The position numbers and the translations under genes are program-made. This document shows, piece after piece, positions 39,248-48,190 of a stretch of DNA of 64,000 bases (the stretch's first letter is position 1; each line of letters starts with the position of its first letter). Location of the stretch: NCBI GenBank assembly GCA_000432435.1, contig HF993133.1, positions 55,428-119,427 of the forward strand, given 5' to 3'. The stretch comes from Eubacterium sp. CAG:180 (GTDB taxonomy: Bacteria; Bacillota; Clostridia; Oscillospirales; Acutalibacteraceae). A model generated the notes under the pieces. The model was not told the origin of the DNA, searched no databases, and was given only the letters and a program-made list of their open reading frames with translations.

Positions 39248-40666
39248 TTAATCGACAATATACTCTCCGCGTTCTTTTAAATCATCTATGATTTTAGCGT
39301 GAAGTTTGTCGTCCAATTTATAGAAAAAGAAAATCACAAAACTCAAAAGAGCAAGACCTGCAGGAATTAAATTCATTGTGATATTGATAGCGTTCAACGC
39401 TCCGTCTGTCTGAGTCTGAGCGCCTGCTGCATAGCCATTCACTTCCAACAGCGAAAGCAACATTGTCGGGGCAATAGCTCCGCCGAGTTTCATCATAAAA
39501 CTTGTACCCGAAGAACTCAGTCCGTCCGCTCTTGCACCTGTTTTCCACTGACCATACTCTACCGTATCGCCTATCATTCCGTACAGAATTGATGTACAAA
39601 ATCCATTCATGACACCTGCACAGAAAAGCAAAGCAATGACAACCGAAGGAGATGAGTTTGACGGATTTAAGAAAAATAAAATACTGTTCAGGACAAAACT
39701 TGTGCCGTAGCAAAACAGCAACGCACCTCTTTTGCCTCTGCAAAGTTTAATAATGTATCCGCTGAAGAAAGCCGAAACTGCACAAATGATGCCGTTAATC
39801 GGAGCATATATTGAAAACAGTCCTGTATCGCCCCAAAAATATGTGAAGTAGTACATACCCGCCGTCATTCTGCCGTAGTTTAAGAATCCATAAACTAAAA
39901 ATGCTGTGCAAACTATCAGCAACGGCGGATTTTTAAAGAAATTGCCCAAAACTTGTTTTGTGCCCATCTTTTGAGACGGTGGCGCTTTCACAACCTCTTT
40001 CGTCCCCAAAATACTTGTAAATATGAACGGCACTGTTAAAAGACAAATTGTGAGAGCCGCCATTGAATAGCCCTGTGTTTTGCCTCCCTGTTCTGAAAAA
40101 CGATTTACAAGCGGAAGAAACATTGCATTTGTTGCTGCACAGGCTATTGAAGAAACAAAAATGCGGTGGCTTGAAAACGAAGCTCTTTCATTCGGATACG
40201 GAGAAATGACTCCGTTGAGTGCCGAGAAAGGAATATTCCACGCAGTCGCCGCAATGACTGCCAAAGCGTAAAGCACACAAGCGTATGTCGTGCGCGCTCC
40301 TACACTCCAAGACGGGTGCGCCGTAAAAAGCAGTACCACTATCGGCATCAAACAAACAGCTCCGCCGAGCATCCACGGACGGTATCGTCCCATCTTGCTT
40401 TTTGTTCGGTCCGCCATTGAACCAATCATAGGGTCGTTTACTGCGTCCCAAATTCGACAAACCAAAAACAAAATCGCTACCGTCTGAGCAGGAATCAGTG
40501 CAATGTCTGTCATAAAAAACGCCAAAAACGAACTTATGAGCATCCAAGGCAGGTTGTAAACAAGTTCGCCCGACGCAAACGCCCATTTTCTGACTTCCGC
40601 GGTTTTTCCTTTGTAATAAGTCTGTTCTTTTATTGAATTTGCAATAGGTTTATTTTCATTGCTCAT
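39248..40666 (-). CDS. Glycoside-pentoside-hexuronide (GPH):cation symporter family sugar transporter
   Basis: 472 aa, 12 TM. MelB/GPH-type motifs (DAVNDPMIGSMADRT, RYRPWML). Confidence 0.8.
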   Translation of the reverse strand: MSNENKPIANSIKEQTYYKGKTAEVRKWAFASGELVYNLPWMLISSFLAFFMTDIALIPAQTVAILFLVCRIWDAVNDPMIGSMADRTKSKMGRYRPWMLGGAVCLMPIVVLLFTAHPSWSVGARTTYACVLYALAVIAATAWNIPFSALNGVISPYPNERASFSSHRIFVSSIACAATNAMFLPLVNRFSEQGGKTQGYSMAALTICLLTVPFIFTSILGTKEVVKAPPSQKMGTKQVLGNFFKNPPLLIVCTAFLVYGFLNYGRMTAGMYYFTYFWGDTGLFSIYAPINGIICAVSAFFSGYIIKLCRGKRGALLFCYGTSFVLNSILFFLNPSNSSPSVVIALLFCAGVMNGFCTSILYGMIGDTVEYGQWKTGARADGLSSSGTSFMMKLGGAIAPTMLLSLLEVNGYAAGAQTQTDGALNAINITMNLIPAGLALLSFVIFFFYKLDDKLHAKIIDDLKERGEYIVD

Positions 40667-41005
40667 TGCAATTTCCTCTCATTTTTTATATGCTATGTAC
40701 AATTCGTGAATTATCTGTTAGAATAAATAAAAGCGAAAATCAATTTCTGTTTTTATTTAATTGGTTTTTTATTATTAACATTAAATTAAGTTCATAATAA
40801 ATTCTAAATTGTAAATATTGAGCATAATAGATAAAATTGTTTTAATTTTTCTTTCGTTTTCATTCTTATTATATAATGCAAAATTGATTTAATCAAATAT
40901 CAATACTTGATACTGAGGATATTCATAAAATGAATATTTGTCAAAAATTCCAATTTAATACGCAATTTTTTATATATTTTTCACAAAGAAAAAAGGTGTT
41001 TTAAG

Positions 41006-41941
41006 ATGCAGTTAAAAGAACTCGAATATTTACTGAAAACTGTTGAATGCGGTTCTATCACAAAAGCCGCAGAACAGATGTTTATCAGTCAGCCGACGCT
41101 GACTAAAAACATACAAAGTTTAGAAAACGAATATAATATAAAGATTTTTCAGCGTGTAGCGTCGGGTGTAGAGTTAACCGAGCAAGGAAAAGACTTTGTA
41201 TATTACGCGCGCGAAGTAGTGGCGGCAGCAGAATCGCTGAACAACAACTTTTTCGGTGGAAATGCAAAACCCTCTGCTCGTCTTTATGTTGCATCTCAAT
41301 GTTTTGACTTTACCCATGATATTTTTTTGAAAATCTATAAACAAAACGAAGGCAAAAACATAAGCGGCAGTTTGACTGAGACCGACAGGGACAATGTTGT
41401 TTCTATGGTAATTCAAAACGCCGCCGATTTGGGACTTTTCATTCGTACAAACTCTGACGGAAAAAGTTTTTTGTGGAAAACTCAGGCAAACCTGATTGAT
41501 ATTCATCACATTGCAACGGACCAAATTTTCATTTGCGTAGGTCCTGATTCTCCTCTATATGACAAAAAAGAAGTAACGATTGAAGATGCAAAAAAGTACT
41601 CGTCTTTTGCTCTTGACATGAAAAACGCGTACAAACAAAACACCTATGTTGACAGCGGATTAAAACGCAAAAAGCAACAAAAAGTTTTCTTTTTCAATTC
41701 AATAGACGCCTGCAAGCACTTTTTGCTCAACACCGACATGGTTTTGTATATCAACAAATGGACTGCGGGATGTTTTGACAACTCTCAAATTCATGTTATC
41801 CCCATAGTTGACAACAATTCAAACCCGTATAACAACGAGCTTGTTTGGTGCAAACGCGTTGGCGAACCGCTTTCTGCCGTTGACAGACAATTTTTGACAA
41901 ATCTTTACAATCACTTCGGAATTATCTGCCGAGATTTTTAA
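41006..41941 (+). CDS. LysR-family transcriptional regulator, divergent from the transporter-transketolase operon
   Basis: 311 aa. N-terminal LysR HTH (LEYLLKTVECGSITKAAEQMFISQPTLTKNIQSLE). Followed by a terminator at about 41950-41985. Confidence 0.85.
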   Translation: MQLKELEYLLKTVECGSITKAAEQMFISQPTLTKNIQSLENEYNIKIFQRVASGVELTEQGKDFVYYAREVVAAAESLNNNFFGGNAKPSARLYVASQCFDFTHDIFLKIYKQNEGKNISGSLTETDRDNVVSMVIQNAADLGLFIRTNSDGKSFLWKTQANLIDIHHIATDQIFICVGPDSPLYDKKEVTIEDAKKYSSFALDMKNAYKQNTYVDSGLKRKKQQKVFFFNSIDACKHFLLNTDMVLYINKWTAGCFDNSQIHVIPIVDNNSNPYNNELVWCKRVGEPLSAVDRQFLTNLYNHFGIICRDF

Positions 41942-42144
41942 CTACACATAAAAAACCTCTTGATGAATAAACATCAAGAGGTTTTTATTGTATGTCTGTA
42001 CGACAAAAAATTATTTAGTTATATAGTACAATAATTTGCATTATTTCATATATAGATACTGCATTTAGTTCAATCCCAAACGCTTTCTAAAAAAATATTT
42101 TTTCAAAAATTTGCCGTCATTTTCGGCTTTTTATTCTTTTATTC

Positions 42145-42384
42145 TCAAACTTCATCAAGATTGCTTCCTTTAGTGATTGCAAGTGCTTCAATAACTCCAA
42201 TAATATATGCAAGTTCATCTATACTGTTATCCGCTAAATATTCTTTTGTTTCTTCTTTTAATTCTTCATTTAAAGCAGATACATATTTTAAGTCGTCAAG
42301 TTCCCTAAACTTAGACTTTTGATTGTTTGAAATACATATATCGGGGATATTGTCCCTGACAAGTCTGTTGTATATATTTTCCAC
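42145..42384 (-). CDS. Small MazG-like nucleoside triphosphate pyrophosphohydrolase-domain protein (possibly C-terminally truncated)
   Basis: 79 aa. YN.LVRDNIPDI ... EEL.EE..EYL....I.ELADI pattern typical of about 100-aa MazG-like proteins. Confidence 0.5.
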   Translation of the reverse strand: MENIYNRLVRDNIPDICISNNQKSKFRELDDLKYVSALNEELKEETKEYLADNSIDELAYIIGVIEALAITKGSNLDEV

Positions 42385-42603
42385 TTCAATTGCCTGATTT
42401 TAAATTTATTAAGTCGCACAATCATTATTCATCCGCAGATATTTTTATTAAAAAAATATGAATTTAACTTTGAGTTTTGATAAAACAACAATATCAAAAT
42501 CTTTTTCTTTGCTTGGCGTTCGCTCCCATCAGTGCGTTCGAATCCACTTTTTAAAATTGCACATATAAAAGAAAAAAGACACTGCAAAAAGCAATGTCTT
42601 TTT

Positions 42604-42679
42604 TGGTGGACCTGAAGAGATTCGAACTCTCGACTTCTACAATGCGAATGTAGCACTCTCCCAGCTGAGCTACAGGCCC
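42604..42679 (-). tRNA. tRNA-Ala (anticodon CGC) with encoded CCA, followed by a terminator hairpin
   Basis: The minus strand reads GGGCCTGTAGCTCAGCTGGGAGAGTGCTACATTCGCATTGTAGAAGTCGAGAGTTCGAATCTCTTCAGGTCCACCA. This folds as a cloverleaf with the G3:U70 alanine identity pair and anticodon loop TTCGCAT. Terminator at 42575..42603. Confidence 0.85.
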
Positions 42680-42848
42680 GTGAACCTAATTATTATAACA
42701 CGCGGCGGGTAGTAGAGCAAGAGCTTTTTGAAATTTCTCGCATTAAAAATGCTGTTTTAAATTTTACGCCGCAAAGCAGACTCCTTTATCGGCGGTTTGT
42801 CAAGCCGACAAAGTCCCGTGCAAAGTGATTTTGCACGGGACAGCTTTT

Positions 42849-45113
42849 TTATTTCTGCTTTTTCTTAATCTTGTTAAGGCTTGCGTTGATTTCAAGGATT
42901 TGTTCCTTTGTAAACAAGCCGCCTGCCATCATACATACGCGCTTGACGCTGAAGCCCTTGCCCATTTCTATCATACTCTTGTTGATTTTCATACCCTTTG
43001 CCATATCCGCCATACCGCCTGTGGACTTGCCCTTGTTCTTTTTCATATTGGCACGAACCATTTTGAGAATTTTCAAAGCGAGCAATTTGCCCTTTGCGGT
43101 AGCCAAAATATCGCCTATGGTGTCGTTTACGCTCATATATCCCGGCGGAGTCTCGATTTCAAACCAGTTGATAACCGCGCCCTCCTCCTGCAATACATAG
43201 TCGGGATTCGCCTTATCGACCTTGCGTATGCGGCTCTCGTCGGTACAGTCGCCCGCCTTTGCCGTAAGCACGGTTTCGCCCTCGTTCGGTACCGAGAAGT
43301 AAAAGAACGGAAATTCCCCGCGCTTTTGCACGCCGATGCTCTTGCCGTTTGCAAAAAGCTCAACGGACGGCTCGTTTGTATAAACCGTGACGCTCGTCAC
43401 GCTTTCGGGGCGGTCAATATAGCGTTTACCGCAGATGTGCACAAACGGTTCATCCGACAACCACGCCTTATATGCATAAAAAGAGTCCTTTTTATATTTC
43501 CTGTCGAACGTAACAAGGCCCTTGTGATTCATTCCGTTCTCGCCGCCCTCGCTGCGTGCGTCTGCGGCAAAGTCAAACATATTCCAGACGTGAGTTGACC
43601 AAAGCCACGGGCGAACGGCAATCTGACGAATTACATCCTCGTGATATTTTGCCTGGTATTCTTCGGTGTAATCGCCCTGCTGCGGGTCGGAGGTATGCCA
43701 ATTAAGAGCCTCACAGCCGTATTCGCTCATACCGACGGCACGGTCGGGATATTTTTTATGGAACTTATCGAACCACGGCCCGTACATATCGGTCTTGCCG
43801 CCGTACCAACCGAAATAGTGATTGTAAGACAAAACGTCGGGAATCCTGACATACTCCTCGCCCGGGTCGCACATACTGAGCACCGCTATTGTGGTGGGGC
43901 GCGTCGGGTCGATTTTATGCACCAAATCATTGAGCATACGGTGATTTTCGATAAGCGACGAATCAGACGCACCGTTCATGGTAATTTCATTTGACAAGCC
44001 CCAAACTATTATGCTCGGATGATTTATATTCTGATAAATCAGCTCCTTCATCTGGCTTACGGTATTTTCTCTGCCGCCCGGCATATGCCGCGAAATGTAC
44101 GGTATCTCGGCCCAAACCGCCATACCGCGCTCATCGCATAGGTCATAAAAGACTCTACTGTGCTGATAATGTGCAAGCCGTATGGTATTAGCACCCAATT
44201 CGCATATCAAATCCATATCCTCACGGTGTTCTTTTTCGGTGAGCGCGTTGCCTATGCCTGGTCTGTCCTGATGCCTCGAAACACCGCGCAGAGGGCAAGG
44301 CTTACCGTTGAGGATAAATCCCTTTTGCGGGTCTATGGAAAAGCTGCGGCAGCCGAACCTTACCGAAATTTCGTCTGTTTTTTCTCCGTCCTTCAAAAGC
44401 TCCGCTGTAAGAGAGTAAAGATACGGGTCCTGAGTGCCGTTCCACAGATGCGCGTTTTCGATTTCTATAACCGTCTTTCCGTCGGACGCATCGACGCTCT
44501 TTTCGCCCACGGGCTTTTTATCCGCGTCCGTCACGACAAAACGAACGGAGCAGTCCTGCGGATTTGTGACCCTCGCGGTTATATTGACAGCTGCGGACAA
44601 GCCGGTTACCTTCGGGGTTATCATAATTCCCGACGAGCCGTAAAACTCAAGGTCAAAGTGGCTTTCATCGACTCCGATAACCGTTACGTCGCGGTAAATT
44701 CCGCCGTAAAACGTAAAGTCGGCAACCTGCGGATACACCGTGTCGTTCGGGCTGTTATCGGCGTAAACCGTGAGTATGTTTTCATCCGAAATTTCCGGAA
44801 TCCTTACACGGAATGCAGAATATCCGCCGTCGTGTGAACCTATTTTTTCGCCGTTCCACCAGACCTCGGCACTGCTGTTTACACCGTCAAACTGAATGTA
44901 GTGCACGGGCTTTTCGCCCAATTCCGCTTTTTTAAGCAGCTTTACATAGCAGCATTTGCCCCTGTAATAATCGTTTCCGCCGTCCTGACCGTCGGTGCCG
45001 TTCCAGGTGTGCGGCAGGTTGACGCTTTCCCAATCCTCCGGCAGAGTTTTAGGCACAGGCTGCTCTTTTTTTGAAAAAAGCCAATTTTTGTTTATATTTA
45101 TTACTTCTCGCAT
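42849..45113 (-). CDS. GH2 family glycoside hydrolase (beta-galactosidase/beta-mannosidase/beta-glucuronidase type) with a Lys/Met-rich C-terminal tail
   Basis: 754 aa. GH2 TIM-barrel signatures (WSTHVWNMFDFAADARSEGGENGMNHKGLVTFDRK, acid/base NE, nucleophile E regions). Confidence 0.8.
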   Translation of the reverse strand: MREVININKNWLFSKKEQPVPKTLPEDWESVNLPHTWNGTDGQDGGNDYYRGKCCYVKLLKKAELGEKPVHYIQFDGVNSSAEVWWNGEKIGSHDGGYSAFRVRIPEISDENILTVYADNSPNDTVYPQVADFTFYGGIYRDVTVIGVDESHFDLEFYGSSGIMITPKVTGLSAAVNITARVTNPQDCSVRFVVTDADKKPVGEKSVDASDGKTVIEIENAHLWNGTQDPYLYSLTAELLKDGEKTDEISVRFGCRSFSIDPQKGFILNGKPCPLRGVSRHQDRPGIGNALTEKEHREDMDLICELGANTIRLAHYQHSRVFYDLCDERGMAVWAEIPYISRHMPGGRENTVSQMKELIYQNINHPSIIVWGLSNEITMNGASDSSLIENHRMLNDLVHKIDPTRPTTIAVLSMCDPGEEYVRIPDVLSYNHYFGWYGGKTDMYGPWFDKFHKKYPDRAVGMSEYGCEALNWHTSDPQQGDYTEEYQAKYHEDVIRQIAVRPWLWSTHVWNMFDFAADARSEGGENGMNHKGLVTFDRKYKKDSFYAYKAWLSDEPFVHICGKRYIDRPESVTSVTVYTNEPSVELFANGKSIGVQKRGEFPFFYFSVPNEGETVLTAKAGDCTDESRIRKVDKANPDYVLQEEGAVINWFEIETPPGYMSVNDTIGDILATAKGKLLALKILKMVRANMKKNKGKSTGGMADMAKGMKINKSMIEMGKGFSVKRVCMMAGGLFTKEQILEINASLNKIKKKQK

Positions 45114-45139
45114 AGCTTTCCTCCGTGGAAATTATAAAA

Positions 45140-46537
45140 TCACTCTTGTGTTTTTTCTTTTTTATCTTTACCGTCTTTGCCGTTTTCCTGTGCGTTATCG
45201 TCAAGAGTATACAAAAACAGCATACTTAAAAAGCTGATAATCGCACCGATAAAAGGAAGAAATGCGGTTACGAAATATATTTTTTCTGGAACGCCCGGTG
45301 CCTGCTCAAGCGCGCCGAGGTTCTGATTGTAGCCGGTTGCGCCTATTGCGTAGCTTACTACCGCGGCTCCTACGCCCTGCGCGATTTTACGGAAAAGAGA
45401 ATAGGTTGCATATATGGAGCTTTCCTCACGACGCCCCGTTTTTTGCTCCTGATAGTCAATGCAATCCGCAACGAGTGCCCACATAAGTGTGAGGTAAAAC
45501 GCCGCGCCGAACATTGAAACGGCTACGAGGGCTATCCAGACATAGGGATTTTTTATTCTTACAAACGCCGCAATCCCTGCCGAAAGAGCCGACAGTAAAA
45601 ACGGGTATGTGCAAAGCTGCTTTTTGCTGAATTTTTTAAGCATGGGCTTTGCAAGGACTATTCCGAGTGCTATGGGGCAGCCCGCAAGCATGGAGGCAAT
45701 CGTTATAAGCTTCGTGTTTTGAAAATAGCACATAAACACGTACGGCATTGATGTGGTTACGGTCATCATAAGTGCTAAGTAAGCGACGGTGCTTATGGTG
45801 GCGCCCATCATCGGCTTATTCTTAAAGAATGACTTCAAAGTGGCAAAATAGTTGAATTTCTGCTTTTCCGAAGCGACGGCAGGTGCCAAGCGCTCGGTTG
45901 TCATACGTCTGAGCAGCCAGAATGAAACAAGCCCTATGGCTCCCATAACGCCTACAAAAACGATAAACAGCTCACCTCTGGGGTTATCGTTTTTATCATA
46001 GACCAAGAGGGGCAGTAATATCATAATCGGAATCTGAGCACACATAGCGCCGATACTGCGCCACGTTGACAGCGCGGAACGACCGTCGGGGTCGTTTGTG
46101 ATACAGCTCTGCATAGAGCCGTAAGGCACGTTTACGCTTGTGTAGGCAACGCTCCAAAGGCAGTATATACCGAGGCACATAGCAACTTTTACTCCGTACG
46201 GGGCATTCGGAGCATAGATAAACAAAGCTATGCTTGAAAGAAGTAGTACGGGGCTTGCCCATTTTATCCACGGCTTAAATTTACCGTCTTTTCCCGGCTT
46301 TGTCGCATCGCAAAGACCGCCTATAATGGGGTCGTTTATCGCGTCGAAAATTTTACCGAGCAAAATGAGAATCGCAAAATGCTTCGGGTTTATCTTCATA
46401 CAAGTAACATAGAACAGCATAAGATAGCTGTTTATGAACGCAAAGCTCATATTACAGCCGAAGTCACCGAAAGCATAGCCGATTTTGTCGCGCATGCCGA
46501 ACGGGCGCAGGGTTTTGCCGTTGTCCATAAGGGACAC
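45140..46537 (-). CDS. GPH/MFS-family glycoside:cation symporter
   Basis: 465 aa, 12 TM. GPH-like N-terminal motif (DAINDPIIGGLCD). Confidence 0.75.
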   Translation of the reverse strand: MSLMDNGKTLRPFGMRDKIGYAFGDFGCNMSFAFINSYLMLFYVTCMKINPKHFAILILLGKIFDAINDPIIGGLCDATKPGKDGKFKPWIKWASPVLLLSSIALFIYAPNAPYGVKVAMCLGIYCLWSVAYTSVNVPYGSMQSCITNDPDGRSALSTWRSIGAMCAQIPIMILLPLLVYDKNDNPRGELFIVFVGVMGAIGLVSFWLLRRMTTERLAPAVASEKQKFNYFATLKSFFKNKPMMGATISTVAYLALMMTVTTSMPYVFMCYFQNTKLITIASMLAGCPIALGIVLAKPMLKKFSKKQLCTYPFLLSALSAGIAAFVRIKNPYVWIALVAVSMFGAAFYLTLMWALVADCIDYQEQKTGRREESSIYATYSLFRKIAQGVGAAVVSYAIGATGYNQNLGALEQAPGVPEKIYFVTAFLPFIGAIISFLSMLFLYTLDDNAQENGKDGKDKKEKTQE

Positions 46538-46712
46538 CTCCGAATTCTCTGTGTCTTTCGGACAATGTGACTTGCGCCGAGTCTTTTATGAATTACCGTC
46601 CTTCGGTGCAAAACGATTTTGTCCTTATTTTATATAACACTATTATATATGATATCCAAAAAAAATCAATATAAAGCAGAGACGTTAGGCTAATTTGTCA
46701 GCTTTTAAGGCG

Positions 46713-46752
46713 AAAAAAGGAACCGTTTTGGGTAAAAGCCCATTGCGGTTCC
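46713..46752 (-). terminator. Rho-independent terminator downstream of the esterase gene
   Basis: ggaaccg..cggttcc stem with a T-run on the minus strand. Confidence 0.7.
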
Positions 46753-46758
46753 GTTTAT

Positions 46759-48081
46759 TTATGAATGTGCTTCAAAAAACGCGAGCATTTCATCGATTGT
46801 TTCCGCGCTTTCGGGAAGATCGGGATAGGCGACGCTCGTTATATGCCCCGACGAACGGTTCACGGTAAGCTGCCAATCGTGATACATATGTTCCTTGCCC
46901 TTTTCCGTCAAAAGCTTATCGAGGTCATCCGAAGCAGAGTGCAAAAAGTCCTTGACGCTCGTCACAATATATGCCGGCGGAATGTCGGATTTATCAATTA
47001 TCTCCTCGGGCTGCAAATACGGATAATACGGCGAATTTTTATAATCGTAGCCGAGATAGCACGACAAAAGCGCGCTGTTAACGCCGTTTTTCATATCAAA
47101 CATTCCGGAAATCAACCCTATCGCTTTTATGTTGAGTCCGGTGTCCGAAACGCCGTAAAGCGATTTTAATTCGTCGCTCGTATTTACCGCCGCGGTGTAA
47201 AATGCAAGCTGACCACCGGCAGAATCACCTGCAACAAAGACTCTGTCAAGGTCAAAGCCATAAGCCTCGCCGTTTTCCGCCACCCAGCGGTACGACGCCA
47301 TAACATCGCTCACCTGCGTCGGATATGTTACGTCGGGACACAGAGAATAATTTATACACACAACTATATATCCTCTTTTCGCAAGACGTGACGCATAGAC
47401 GCGATTAACCTCTTTTTCCGCATACATAAGTCCGCCGCCGTGTATGTCGATTATCACCGGCAGCTTTTCTGCGGCATTTTCGGGATAATAAATATCAAGA
47501 AGATGATATTTGTTGCCGTCCGAAATATAAGGTATATCCTTTTTCACCGTCACGCCTGCGGATTCCGTCTGTTTTTTCAGCCTGTTTGTGTCGTAATAAT
47601 CCATATAATTCCACAGCACCTCGGCGGCAGACGCCACAAAGCCGTCGTTTTTAAGCACGCCGTCGGCGGTTGGGTCGGTTTTTACGGTATCCGCATCCAA
47701 TTTAAACAGCCCGTCAAATATATTTTTAAATCTGACTTCAAGCTCGCCCGTGTCAACATCGTTTCCCGACAAAACGTCCCCCACAAGGCCGTAAAGGTCG
47801 GTAAACAGCGCGGTAAGTTCATTTTTGACATCTATACCGGCATTTTCGGAAGCGTTGATTTTATTGTCAACGGCAGCCTTCGGCGACTCCACGCTTTCGC
47901 GAAAAAATCCGTCTGGAGGCATTTTATTGCACGAAGAGGAAGCGTCGGCACGTAAAAGTGCTGCCGCTTCCTCTTTTTTTGCTATTGAGCCGCACTGCAA
48001 AGCGACAAGCAAGGTTGCCGCCGCCAGCAGTATAACGGCCGTAATTCTTTTTAAACTGTCCTTCATATAAGCATTTGTCAT
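46759..48081 (-). CDS. Secreted lipoprotein alpha/beta-hydrolase (carbohydrate esterase/lipase-like) with a long N-terminal domain
   Basis: 440 aa. Lipobox LVALQC; HGGG oxyanion motif and GDSAGG nucleophile elbow. Confidence 0.8.
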   Translation of the reverse strand: MTNAYMKDSLKRITAVILLAAATLLVALQCGSIAKKEEAAALLRADASSSCNKMPPDGFFRESVESPKAAVDNKINASENAGIDVKNELTALFTDLYGLVGDVLSGNDVDTGELEVRFKNIFDGLFKLDADTVKTDPTADGVLKNDGFVASAAEVLWNYMDYYDTNRLKKQTESAGVTVKKDIPYISDGNKYHLLDIYYPENAAEKLPVIIDIHGGGLMYAEKEVNRVYASRLAKRGYIVVCINYSLCPDVTYPTQVSDVMASYRWVAENGEAYGFDLDRVFVAGDSAGGQLAFYTAAVNTSDELKSLYGVSDTGLNIKAIGLISGMFDMKNGVNSALLSCYLGYDYKNSPYYPYLQPEEIIDKSDIPPAYIVTSVKDFLHSASDDLDKLLTEKGKEHMYHDWQLTVNRSSGHITSVAYPDLPESAETIDEMLAFFEAHS

Positions 48082-48190
48082 TTACCGAGCGCCGAAAACA
48101 GCGAACCTATAAACATAAAGAAGTCCGCAATGCGCGCGCTTTTGTATTTTTGTGACAGCTTATCCGCAAAAATCGAAAAACGATATATCA

